Shown one piece after another: positions 17,377 through 26,385 of a stretch of 32,393 nt of DNA (its first letter is position 1; every line of letters begins with the position of its first letter). A model generated the notes under the pieces. That model did not search any database, had not been told where the DNA came from, and saw nothing but the letters and a program-made list of their open reading frames with translations. This DNA comes from Candidatus Izemoplasmatales bacterium (GTDB lineage: Bacteria > Bacillota_I > Bacilli_A > Izemoplasmatales > Hujiaoplasmataceae), in NCBI GenBank assembly GCA_050177605.1, contig JBFXGX010000001.1, positions 46,566 to 78,958 of the forward strand. Reading direction: 5' to 3'. The translations under genes and the position numbers were made by a program.

Positions 17377-20009
17377 TTTAGTAACTCCTTCACTTTTTCA
17401 AGTGCAGCGGGAACTTGCGTTATGTCTTTTCCACCTGCTTGGGCGAAATCTTTTCTTCCGCCACCATTTCCACCACAAAGGATGGCTGCTTCTTTGACAA
17501 GTTGTCCAGCATTCACGTCTGGCTTTGTCGTTTTTGCGATAAAAACAACTTTGTCATCATTGATGGAAGCCATAAATACAGTTCCTTCACTGATTTGTTG
17601 AGACAAGTTATCAACGAGTTGTTTTAAGAGTTGAATATCCATTCCTTCAACTTGATCAATCAATGTATCACCATCTAATTTTTCTAAATAAGATGAAGTA
17701 TCTCTCAATGCTTTTTGATCATGGATTTTCGTGTATTCCTTTTCAAGTTCTTTAACACGTGTTTGGAACGCTGTTAAAGAGGCTCTTTTGTTTAAGACAT
17801 CTTGATAACTACCCAAGTAATTGATTTCTTTATAGGGTACAAAATCAATTGATATATTTTCAGCTTTTGCATTCGCTAAAATGGTGTTTGCCTTTTGAGA
17901 CAGTGCATCAATATCATGATTGATTCCATCAAATGAATCTTTTATTTCATCAACATGGATATTTGTTAAACCTTCAATACGATAGATGCCTGAGCCGATT
18001 GAAGAGATACTACGAATAGCAAATTTATCAATATCTCTCAGGTTTTGAACATGCGTCCCACCACACAAATCAAGGGTATATTTTAGATTGACAACGCGAA
18101 CTTTTGATTCGTATTTTTCACCAAATTCAGCGATTGCGCCTTTTTTTACAGCTTCATCGACCGATAAAATATCGGTATTGGTTTGGAAAGGCTGTTCGAT
18201 CATTTGATTCACTTTTTGTTCGATGAATAAAATTTGATCATCGGATATCGTTTCGTAATGATTAAAATCAAAACGTAAGGTTGTGCTTGTTACTTGAGAT
18301 CCTTGTTGAGAAACATGGTTTCCTAAAGTATCACGTAGTGCTTTAAACAGTAGATGCGTTGCACTATGATTATAAGCAGTATAGTTTCTTGTTAGTTGAT
18401 CAACTTTTGCATTCACTTTTGCGCCTTCATAAGGTAAACCTTCAAGAACGACATAAGCATGTAAAAATTGTCCATTTGGCATTTTGGTTACATCGGTAAC
18501 TTGAACAGAAAACTCACTATTATAAATCACACCAGTATCATGCACTTGGCCCCCTGATGTCGCATAGAAAGGCGTTTTTTCAAGAACGAGTCCTTCTTCA
18601 AATATTCTAATAATCTTTGTTTCTTGAAGTAATGTCTCATAGCCAACAAAAGTCGACTCCTCTGTAAAATCAAGAAAGGCCTCATTTTGTGATTTCATCG
18701 ATTGAATTTCTTTACGAGCGGATCTCGCACGTTCTTTTTGTGCTTCCATCTCTAAAGTGAATCCTTTTAAATCCACACTCATATTTCTCTCTTCAGCATA
18801 TTCCATCGTTAACTCCACTGGAAAACCGAAGGTATCATATAATAAGAAAGCATCTTTTCCTGAAATCGTGTTTTGTTCACTAGCATCTGCCATTGACTCA
18901 AAGCGTTTTTCACCATTTGCGAGTGTTTCTAAGAATTTAGATTCCTCTGCGTGAATGATTTTCTTAATGATTGATGATTTTTCTTCCACTTGAGGATAAT
19001 AATCAATCATAATTTCCGCTACAGTATCCACGAGTTCGTCCATAAAAGGACGATCAATTCCGAGTTTTCTACCATATTTAACCGCTCTGCGTAATAATCT
19101 TCTTAATACATATCCTCTTCCCTCATTCGAAAGAATAGCACCATCACTGATTGCAAAGGAGACTGTACGAATATGATCACTTATCACCTTAAATGCCATT
19201 TGTCCATCATATTTGATACCTGATATTTCTTCGATTTGATGGATAATTGGCATAAACAAATCGGTTTCAAAATTCGTTTTCGTTCCTTGTATAACACTCG
19301 TTAAGCGTTCAAGTCCACACCCTGTATCAATATTTTTGCTTGGAAGTTCAGGATACTCACTTCTCGAAAGACCTGGTTTTGCATTATATTGAGACAAAAC
19401 GATATTCCATATTTCTATGAATCGATCGTTATCGATATCATCTCGAATGGCATCACTTGTAAAATCACCAAATGCTGGTCCACGGTCAAAGAATATTTCT
19501 GTACATGGTCCACAAGGACCTTCACCGATTTCCCAGAAATTGTTTTCTTCGGTTGGAATAATATGGGATGGATCTACACCTTGTTTCATCCAAGCTTGGA
19601 TTGTTTCTTGATCCGATGGATAAACTGTCATATACAGTTTGTTTTTATCGAATCCTAACCACTTTGGACTTGTTAAGAGTTCAAATCCCCATTCGATGGC
19701 TTCTTCTCGGAAATAATCTCCAATCGAGAAATTTCCAAGCATTTCAAAAAAAGTATGATGTCTTGCGGTTTTTCCGACATGTTCGATATCGTTCGTGCGA
19801 ATACATTTTTGAGCATTCACAATACGAGGATTCTTTGGAACAACCGATCCATCAAAATATTTTTTTAAGGCCGCAACGCCAGCATTCATCCATAGTAAAG
19901 TAGGATCATCATTTGGAACTAGGGACGCTCCTTTTTCTACAGAATGACCTTTTTCTTTAAAAAAGTCTAGCCATAACTTTCTAATCTCGCTACCTGTTAA
20001 TTTTTTCAT
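17373..20009 (-). CDS. alaS: Alanine--tRNA ligase
   Basis: DDPTLLWMNAG, RHHTFFEMLGNFSIGDYF, DTGCGLER, editing-domain NHSATH and LCGGTH, C-terminal GGNGGGR..AQAGG. Confidence 0.99.
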   Translation of the reverse strand: MKKLTGSEIRKLWLDFFKEKGHSVEKGASLVPNDDPTLLWMNAGVAALKKYFDGSVVPKNPRIVNAQKCIRTNDIEHVGKTARHHTFFEMLGNFSIGDYFREEAIEWGFELLTSPKWLGFDKNKLYMTVYPSDQETIQAWMKQGVDPSHIIPTEENNFWEIGEGPCGPCTEIFFDRGPAFGDFTSDAIRDDIDNDRFIEIWNIVLSQYNAKPGLSRSEYPELPSKNIDTGCGLERLTSVIQGTKTNFETDLFMPIIHQIEEISGIKYDGQMAFKVISDHIRTVSFAISDGAILSNEGRGYVLRRLLRRAVKYGRKLGIDRPFMDELVDTVAEIMIDYYPQVEEKSSIIKKIIHAEESKFLETLANGEKRFESMADASEQNTISGKDAFLLYDTFGFPVELTMEYAEERNMSVDLKGFTLEMEAQKERARSARKEIQSMKSQNEAFLDFTEESTFVGYETLLQETKIIRIFEEGLVLEKTPFYATSGGQVHDTGVIYNSEFSVQVTDVTKMPNGQFLHAYVVLEGLPYEGAKVNAKVDQLTRNYTAYNHSATHLLFKALRDTLGNHVSQQGSQVTSTTLRFDFNHYETISDDQILFIEQKVNQMIEQPFQTNTDILSVDEAVKKGAIAEFGEKYESKVRVVNLKYTLDLCGGTHVQNLRDIDKFAIRSISSIGSGIYRIEGLTNIHVDEIKDSFDGINHDIDALSQKANTILANAKAENISIDFVPYKEINYLGSYQDVLNKRASLTAFQTRVKELEKEYTKIHDQKALRDTSSYLEKLDGDTLIDQVEGMDIQLLKQLVDNLSQQISEGTVFMASINDDKVVFIAKTTKPDVNAGQLVKEAAILCGGNGGGRKDFAQAGGKDITQVPAALEKVKELLK

Positions 20010-20027
20010 TTTTCATTTCCACCTTTC

Positions 20028-20245
20028 AAAAAAAAGAGAACCGTCCTCATATATAAAAGGACGATTCATCGCGGTACCACCTTTGTTCTAGAATAACTAG
20101 CACTCGTTTCCTATAACGCTGGACATGCGGATGTTTTTAACATCTCTCCGAAGGAGCTTCAAGTTAAGAATTCTGGTTTGTTTTCACCTAGACACAAACT
20201 CTCTATACATGATTCTTAATTTTACTTATCTTCATCTACGATTTG
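20028..20245 (-). ncRNA. T-box riboswitch leader (Ala) with terminator
   Basis: On the minus strand: AGTA, AGAGA and GGTGAAA stem I motifs; specifier GAA-GCT (Ala, 20157-20155); T-box AACAAAGGTGGTACCGCG; terminator GAATCGTCCT...AGGACGGTTC followed by a T tract. Confidence 0.95.
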
Positions 20246-20250
20246 ATTAA

Positions 20251-20279
20251 ATTATACTATAAATTATATCGTTTTGCAA
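20251..20279 (-). promoter_or_regulatory. Sigma-A promoter of the alaS leader
   Basis: TTGCAA (20279-20274), 17 bp spacer, TATAAT (20256-20251). Confidence 0.8.
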
Positions 20280-20291
20280 GCACCAAACAAC

Positions 20292-22517
20292 TTATAAAAA
20301 ATCTTCAATTCGTACTTGGTTTTTATCTTGATGAAGAATCTCTTCTTCAAGAAAAGACTTTAGTCTTGTGTTTCTTTCCTTTTCAATTCCTCGTACACCA
20401 CGTTCAAAAATATAATAATCCCCAATCATGACTAAATGTTCTTTTGCTCTTGTGACCGCAGTATACAATAATTTACGTTTTAACATCATCAAATAAGAAC
20501 GAATTAAAGGAAGAATGACCACCTTAAATTCACTACCTTGCGCTTTATGAATACTGACTGCGTAAGCTAGTGTAAGGTTCTCAAGGTCTTTTGCGTCATA
20601 TTTAACGATGGTCCCAGAAAAATCGACAAGCATTTCTTTTTCCTCGACAACACTAATTACTTCCCCTATATCACCATTCATTACACCATCTTCAGGTTGA
20701 TTGACAAGTTGTAAGACTTTGTCTTTAAAATAAAATGTCTTTTCTTTGAAACTGATTTTATGTGCCTTATGAATCCCATTAAACTGTTCTTGAATCACTT
20801 GATTGATGTGATCAATTCCATTTTGACCTTTGTAAATTGGAATCAGAACTTGGATATCTTCTTGAAGACTATATCCTGCTTTGATGGCTTCTTTAATTAA
20901 CATGACAATTCTATCACTAATTGCATTATCGTAGGTTTTTATGAAGCGACGATCTTCCAAATTCGAGCTTAAGTTCTCGCTGACATGTTGATTCAATATA
21001 TCATAAGCCAAACTGATAATCGAGGAATCTTTTGCCTGCCTATGAATATCATGCAGTTCTACTGTTTCGAACAAATGAGACGAAATTAAATCAGATAAAA
21101 CTTGTCCTGGGCCAACTGAAGGCAATTGATTTTGGTCTCCAACAAGAATTAGTTTCGTACTTTTACGGATTGATTCAAATAAGTGATTTGCGAGCATCGT
21201 ATCAAGCATACTCACTTCATCAATAATGATTAAATCTGCGTCAAGCGGATTATGAGCATCGACCGTGAAACTACCTTCATAATTATAGCCAAGCATTCTG
21301 TGAATCGTCGTCGCATCAAGCATGGATGATTCTTTTAAGCGCTTGGCTGCTTTCCCTGTTGGCGCTGAAAGAAGGACTTCTCTTTTTTTCCCATAGAGTA
21401 ATTTATAAATACTGACAATGGCATGGATGATTGTTGTTTTTCCAGTACCCGGTCCACCAGTAATAATTAAGAAAGGATGCGTTAGTGCCTTCACAATGGC
21501 ATCAAGTTGCTCTTTGTTATATTCAATTCCATTGATACTTTCAAAATCATGGATGGTTGCCAAAATCGTTTCATAAGTGATATCATTCACAGCGGGACTA
21601 CTATAATACTTTAAATTCTTCGCAATTGATCTCTCCGCGAAGTATATAAAAGCTAAAGAACATTGATGATTCTCTTCAATGATTTTTCCTTCAAAGATTA
21701 AATCTTCAAGCCTAGATAGCGTTTCATCCATACTAACCTCAAATTCACTGCTACCATTTAAATAGGTGAGGGTATATTCAAGTAGCTGTTCACGCAAGAT
21801 AAAGGTATCTCCATACTTGTTCATATATTCATTTAATAAATAAAGAATCACAGCTCTAATACGTAAAGGATGATTATATTCAAAACCGATTTTTAAGGCA
21901 ATTTCATCTGCACGCTTAAACCCAATACCTTCGATATCATCCATTAAAGTATACGGATTTTCTTTAATAATATCGATGGAAGTTGCGCCATAGGCCTGAT
22001 AAATTTTCATCGCCATTTTCGGTGATATTTGAAATCCATATAACCATACAAGAGAGTTTTCAAGTTTGCGATTATGAACAAGTGTATCAAGTAATACGGC
22101 CTTTTTCGTCTCGTTCATTCTAGGTATTTTGTCTAAAATATCTGGATGATTGAGAATTAAATTCACTGCATCTGTACCGAGTTCATCCACGATTGATTTA
22201 GCAGTTTTTGGACCAATTCCTTTAAATAAATCACTTGATAAGTAATCGATAAGTCCTTCCTTTGAATAATCAATGACTCGTTCGAATTTGTTCGCATCAA
22301 ATTGACGACCGTATTTTGGATGTTCTTTAATGCTTCCATAAAATTTATATCTTGATCCTTTTTCTAAACGAGGAAAAAACCCACAAACAATGACTGTGGG
22401 TTCTTTGTACAGAAGGAGTGGTTCATCTGTGTCAAGTTGTTCAACCTTGACTACAGAATAACTATTTTCTTCGTTATAAAAAAGCACTTGTAATAAATCA
22501 CCTTCAAGATAACTCAT
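20292..22517 (-). CDS. recD2: ATP-dependent RecD2-like DNA helicase
   Basis: HPKYGRQF, KGIGPKTA, ENPY, GIGFKRAD, TGGPGTGKTT, APTGKAAKR, IIDEVSM, QLPSVGPG, HKAQGSEF, YTAVTRAK. Confidence 0.95.
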   Translation of the reverse strand: MSYLEGDLLQVLFYNEENSYSVVKVEQLDTDEPLLLYKEPTVIVCGFFPRLEKGSRYKFYGSIKEHPKYGRQFDANKFERVIDYSKEGLIDYLSSDLFKGIGPKTAKSIVDELGTDAVNLILNHPDILDKIPRMNETKKAVLLDTLVHNRKLENSLVWLYGFQISPKMAMKIYQAYGATSIDIIKENPYTLMDDIEGIGFKRADEIALKIGFEYNHPLRIRAVILYLLNEYMNKYGDTFILREQLLEYTLTYLNGSSEFEVSMDETLSRLEDLIFEGKIIEENHQCSLAFIYFAERSIAKNLKYYSSPAVNDITYETILATIHDFESINGIEYNKEQLDAIVKALTHPFLIITGGPGTGKTTIIHAIVSIYKLLYGKKREVLLSAPTGKAAKRLKESSMLDATTIHRMLGYNYEGSFTVDAHNPLDADLIIIDEVSMLDTMLANHLFESIRKSTKLILVGDQNQLPSVGPGQVLSDLISSHLFETVELHDIHRQAKDSSIISLAYDILNQHVSENLSSNLEDRRFIKTYDNAISDRIVMLIKEAIKAGYSLQEDIQVLIPIYKGQNGIDHINQVIQEQFNGIHKAHKISFKEKTFYFKDKVLQLVNQPEDGVMNGDIGEVISVVEEKEMLVDFSGTIVKYDAKDLENLTLAYAVSIHKAQGSEFKVVILPLIRSYLMMLKRKLLYTAVTRAKEHLVMIGDYYIFERGVRGIEKERNTRLKSFLEEEILHQDKNQVRIEDFL

Positions 22518-22532
22518 GGGGTCCCTTTCAAA

Positions 22533-23795
22533 TTACTTTTTTAAGTTTTCGATGTCAGACACTTCTTTTAAGATGGATTCACTTAAATTTATTCGGCCAT
22601 TTTCTGTGACAAGTACATTGTCTTCAATTCGAATTCCAATGCCTTCTTCTTCTACGTATAGCCCTGGCTCAATCGTTAACACAAGTCCTGGTACGAGTGG
22701 TTCTAAATACATTCCAACATCATGAACATCAAGACCTAAGAAATGACTAACATTATGATAATAATACTTGTCAATCTCAGATAATTCTTTAATTAATCCT
22801 ATTTTTTGACATTCTGTCGCTAAGATATTTTTTGCATAAGCATTGAGTTCTTGCCAAGTGATGCCTGGTTTCACAAATGCGATTGAATCTTTGTTTGCCT
22901 TTAAAACGATTTCATATAAAACCTTTTGTCTGTCTGTAAACTTACCATTTACCGGGAAGGTTCTCGATATATCTGAAGCATAGTTGTTGCTTAATGCGCC
23001 TAAATCCATTAAAACGAGTGAGTCATCATGAATCTCTGCATTATTATCAATGTAATGAAGTACTGTCGCATTCTTTCCACTCGCAATAATTGAATCAAAT
23101 GAAACACCTTTACTACCAACACTTTTTAAAGTATATTCATAATAGGCTTCTAATTCTCTTTCGTTCATTCCAGGTTTTGCATGTTTCATTACAGCTTCAA
23201 TCGCTTGTTTAGAATAGGATATAGCTGTCTGGATTTCATCCACTTCTTCTTTGGACTTCATCATACGATGGCGATCGATGATTTCATTCACAGAAGCTAC
23301 GACAACTTCAGGATAACTTTTTAATATAAACGACGATTTGGTTAAGCTAACTGGTTCAATAAATGGACGGAACCTATACAAATCAAGATAGAGTGTCGTA
23401 GGTTTTGCGATTAATGCTCCGCGGTTATTGCCCAAGACTTGTTGGTAAATAAACGCATTAAATTGATCAACGTACTTGATAGAATTGATCTCTATTCCAG
23501 AAATAGTCGCTGCCTCTTCTTTGGTTAATCTTCTTCCTAACCACTTGGTTGCATAATCACTTGGTTCTTCGATGAATAAATAAGTGAATGTTTTTTCGTT
23601 CCCTTTGAGTAGAACCAAAGTAAAGTTTTCTCTTTCTAATCCTGTTAGATAATAAAAGTTACGGTTTGGTGTGTATACATAGGTTTGATCCTGTGTTTTA
23701 TGTGGAGCACTTCCTGAGTAAAAAACAGCGAATGAACCTTGACGCATTTCACTTAGGATTAACTCACGATGTTGTAAAAATAAGTTACTATTCAT
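22533..23795 (-). CDS. pepP: Xaa-Pro aminopeptidase (M24B, aminopeptidase P)
   Basis: NFYYLTG N-terminal domain; LHY, DLG...YASDISRTFP, HFLGLDVHD, TIEPGLY, GIRIEDN metal-binding motifs. Confidence 0.9.
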   Translation of the reverse strand: MNSNLFLQHRELILSEMRQGSFAVFYSGSAPHKTQDQTYVYTPNRNFYYLTGLERENFTLVLLKGNEKTFTYLFIEEPSDYATKWLGRRLTKEEAATISGIEINSIKYVDQFNAFIYQQVLGNNRGALIAKPTTLYLDLYRFRPFIEPVSLTKSSFILKSYPEVVVASVNEIIDRHRMMKSKEEVDEIQTAISYSKQAIEAVMKHAKPGMNERELEAYYEYTLKSVGSKGVSFDSIIASGKNATVLHYIDNNAEIHDDSLVLMDLGALSNNYASDISRTFPVNGKFTDRQKVLYEIVLKANKDSIAFVKPGITWQELNAYAKNILATECQKIGLIKELSEIDKYYYHNVSHFLGLDVHDVGMYLEPLVPGLVLTIEPGLYVEEEGIGIRIEDNVLVTENGRINLSESILKEVSDIENLKK

Positions 23796-23855
23796 TTTGT
23801 CACCTCAGATAAAAAATCTTATGTTAATTATAACATAGATTTATTTCTTAAAAAC

Positions 23856-23880
23856 AAAAAAGCACGTTTTCGTGCTTTTT
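23856..23880 (-). terminator. Intrinsic terminator after the DUF4097 gene
   Basis: AAAAAGCACG-AAAA-CGTGCTTTTTT on the minus strand, at the stop codon. Confidence 0.85.
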
Positions 23881-24775
23881 AATTTGGAAAATTAACGTAA
23901 ACATTTCCATTGGATGTATGTAAATCAATTTTAACAGATAACCCATCATGATAACTGTTTGTAGATACTTTATCACCATTAATATAATAACTACCATTGG
24001 ATGTCGACATTTTTAAATAGGTTGTATCAAAACTAGATAGTGAATTCATTGTGATATTTCCATTGGATGTGTCGAGTACGATATTATTTGATGAAACATT
24101 CTTGGCTTCAATCGCACCGTTCGATGTTGATAATTCCACTTTATCTGCGCTGATTGTATCCACGTCAATTTTTCCGTTGGAAGTAATGGCTAAAAAATCA
24201 CCACTTACTACTAGACCATCGACATTGATAACACCATTGGACGAAGTAATCGTAAGATCACTTGATACATCTATATTTTCAAGTGTAATTGCACCATTGG
24301 ATGTAGATGCACCTAGTTCAGTAAAACTTAAGTCTTCACCAATATATATGGTTCCATTGGATGTATGCAAATTCATTGATGAAACATAATCTGAAGGAAT
24401 AAGAATAATTAATTCATGAATTGCGGATGGTGCAAACCAGTCGAAATTCAGTAAGAAGTAATTGTACCACAAAATATGATTTTCAACCGATAATGTATCG
24501 TCTTCAATGGTTGAAATGACAGGACTTTTTTCGTGTACATAATAAGTGATATGAATATCCGTATCATCGGATACACCTACTTCAATACTTTTATCTTCTA
24601 CATCAACCATCAATTTTGAAAATTCATCAACAGTATAGGTTCTTTCAACCATTGTATATTCATCTGCTGTAATAAATGCATCAGACCAAGCTTCACCACT
24701 AACAATACCAAACACAATCATTCCAACAAATCCAATCAAAACCAGTCCAAATCCGATTCTTAATAATCTTCTCAT
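23879..24775 (-). CDS. DUF4097 (Toastrack) beta-strand repeat protein, membrane anchored
   Basis: N-terminal TM helix; eight (T/S)SNG-x-(I/V/Y) repeats; position after PadR-DUF1700. Confidence 0.85.
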   Translation of the reverse strand: MRRLLRIGFGLVLIGFVGMIVFGIVSGEAWSDAFITADEYTMVERTYTVDEFSKLMVDVEDKSIEVGVSDDTDIHITYYVHEKSPVISTIEDDTLSVENHILWYNYFLLNFDWFAPSAIHELIILIPSDYVSSMNLHTSNGTIYIGEDLSFTELGASTSNGAITLENIDVSSDLTITSSNGVINVDGLVVSGDFLAITSNGKIDVDTISADKVELSTSNGAIEAKNVSSNNIVLDTSNGNITMNSLSSFDTTYLKMSTSNGSYYINGDKVSTNSYHDGLSVKIDLHTSNGNVYVNFPN

Positions 24776-24780
24776 TTTAT

Positions 24781-25320
24781 TTACCCCCTTAATAAATCTT
24801 CAATACGATGGAAAAGCAAATTAAGTTTCTCTTTAGCTGTTGATAAAAACCATTTAAACAGCGCGATGGAGAGCACAAACATCCCTAATCCAAATACAGC
24901 GATGCTTGAGAAAAACAACATTAGATTGAGTGTTAAATCCGGATTGAGAAAAATCATTATAATACTATAGATAATTAATCCAAGTCCACTCACCGCAAAG
25001 CTAAAACCAATACTGAAAAGTGTAATCACAAAAACAATAAATAAGGAATAACTAATAATCTTTACAGAAAGAGAAAATACTTCTCTTACGGTAATACCTG
25101 ACTTGTTTTTCACTTTTTCCAAAAGGGAATTATCCTTCTTAAGTTGGTATACGATTTCTTCAGTACTCCCTAGGGAATAGATGAATTCATCTTCATTTTT
25201 GCCATTTTCAATTGCATCTGTAATCAGTTCATCATAATAATCAAGTACTTCATTTTGTTCAAACCTTGGTAAAAAGGATATCTGTCTTTTGAGATCCTTT
25301 AAAAAATCATTTTTTTTCAT
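24781..25320 (-). CDS. DUF1700 (HAAS) membrane protein
   Basis: MKKNDFLKDLKRQISFLP..EQNEVLDYYDELI.D..ENG..E...I.SLG N-terminal domain followed by TM helices. Confidence 0.88.
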   Translation of the reverse strand: MKKNDFLKDLKRQISFLPRFEQNEVLDYYDELITDAIENGKNEDEFIYSLGSTEEIVYQLKKDNSLLEKVKNKSGITVREVFSLSVKIISYSLFIVFVITLFSIGFSFAVSGLGLIIYSIIMIFLNPDLTLNLMLFFSSIAVFGLGMFVLSIALFKWFLSTAKEKLNLLFHRIEDLLRG

Positions 25321-25330
25321 TATTCCCCAC

Positions 25331-25633
25331 CTACCTTAAAATATAATCATAAATCTTTTTCATTTCGATAAAGTCCTTTTCCGACTCTTTGAGCTTTTCT
25401 AGACCTTGTCTAGTGATTTGGTAATATTTACGAATCCTTGAGTTATACGTTGTTTCATACGTTCGAACAAGCAATTGTTGCTCAAGTCGTCTCAAGATTG
25501 GATAAAGGGTTGACTCAGAGAGTTCAATCACTGCCCCAATCTCTTGGTTAATCATGTATCCATAGGAGTCTTTATCCTTAAGGGATGCAAGAACCAATGA
25601 ATCTAAAACACCTTTTTTGAGTTGACTATCCAT
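25331..25633 (-). CDS. PadR-family transcriptional regulator
   Basis: MDSQLKKGVLD..VL, DSYGY, SESTLYPILRRLE, RKYYQIT. Start reassigned to ATG 25633 behind RBS AAGGAGG. Confidence 0.93.
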   Translation of the reverse strand: MDSQLKKGVLDSLVLASLKDKDSYGYMINQEIGAVIELSESTLYPILRRLEQQLLVRTYETTYNSRIRKYYQITRQGLEKLKESEKDFIEMKKIYDYILR

Positions 25634-25655
25634 AAAGAATACCTCCTTATATATA

Positions 25656-25687
25656 ATACTATACAATGCATAGTATACGGTTGTCAA
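25656..25687 (-). promoter_or_regulatory. padR operon promoter with an overlapping palindromic operator
   Basis: TTGACA (25687-25682), 18 bp spacer, TATAGT (25663-25658). Palindrome ATACTATACA-A-TGCATAGTAT at 25656-25676. Confidence 0.7.
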
Positions 25688-25697
25688 GAAAAATAAT

Positions 25698-25725
25698 AAA
25701 AAAACTCACAAATTTTCGTGAGTTT
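25698..25725 (-). terminator. Intrinsic terminator overlapping the VTT gene stop
   Basis: AAACTCAC-8 nt-GTGAGTTT followed by a T tract on the minus strand. Confidence 0.65.
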
Positions 25726-26335
25726 CTTTTTTCTTATTATTTTGATCTATTTTTCTCCATAATACCCATAGTCCGAGTAACCCAAAGTAGGTAATCAACA
25801 CCCATAGTGCATTAAAAGGATGACTCTGGATATCAAACACAGATCCAAGAAAAACCAAGAATAAGATAATGATAAGTCTTGAAGTTGCAGTGAGCCATAA
25901 GTACTTGCCGACTTTAATCTTTGTTAAAGATAATGTATAGTTCAAGATACTTGAAGGTAAAAAAGGATTGGATAACAATACTAACACTAAGAATGTATTT
26001 GGCCCTTCTACTATGTTTAAAAACTTTTTACCATAAGGATGAGATTCAACTTTTTTTGCAAAATAGGAACCAAAAGTTGCTCTAATAAGAAAGAAGATAA
26101 GTACCATTCCCAGAAGACTTCCAAGTGTTGATAAAACGATTGTCAAAAGTGTTCCTGACAAGACACCGTATGTACTCGCCATGATTGTTAAATTAAAAGA
26201 GACTAATATCGTTAGAGGGAGCGAAGGCAGTAATGCTTCGAGAAAAGGCAAAAGCACCGCAGAAAGTGGTGCAAACCAAATATTACTTAATACAAAATCT
26301 TGAAATTTAGTTAGTAAATCATATAGATAATTCAT
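25706..26335 (-). CDS. TVP38/TMEM64 (VTT/DedA superfamily) membrane protein
   Basis: LEALLPSLP, GSLLG, LSNPFLPSSILNY re-entrant helix motifs; mostly hydrophobic. Confidence 0.85.
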   Translation of the reverse strand: MNYLYDLLTKFQDFVLSNIWFAPLSAVLLPFLEALLPSLPLTILVSFNLTIMASTYGVLSGTLLTIVLSTLGSLLGMVLIFFLIRATFGSYFAKKVESHPYGKKFLNIVEGPNTFLVLVLLSNPFLPSSILNYTLSLTKIKVGKYLWLTATSRLIIILFLVFLGSVFDIQSHPFNALWVLITYFGLLGLWVLWRKIDQNNKKKETHENL

Positions 26336-26354
26336 TACGCATTCCCTCTATTTG

Positions 26355-26378
26355 AAAAAAGCATCCCTAAGGATGCTT
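26355..26378 (-). terminator. Intrinsic terminator after gap
   Basis: AAGCATCC-TTAG-GGATGCTTTTTT on the minus strand, just after the gap stop. Confidence 0.85.
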
Positions 26379-26385
26379 CTTTTAC

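Noticed and set aside
23900..24370. Repeated CCATTGGATGT words resembling a CRISPR array
   Set aside because: Only about 11 bp long, in frame and irregularly spaced; they encode the TSNG repeats of the DUF4097 protein. No cas genes are present.
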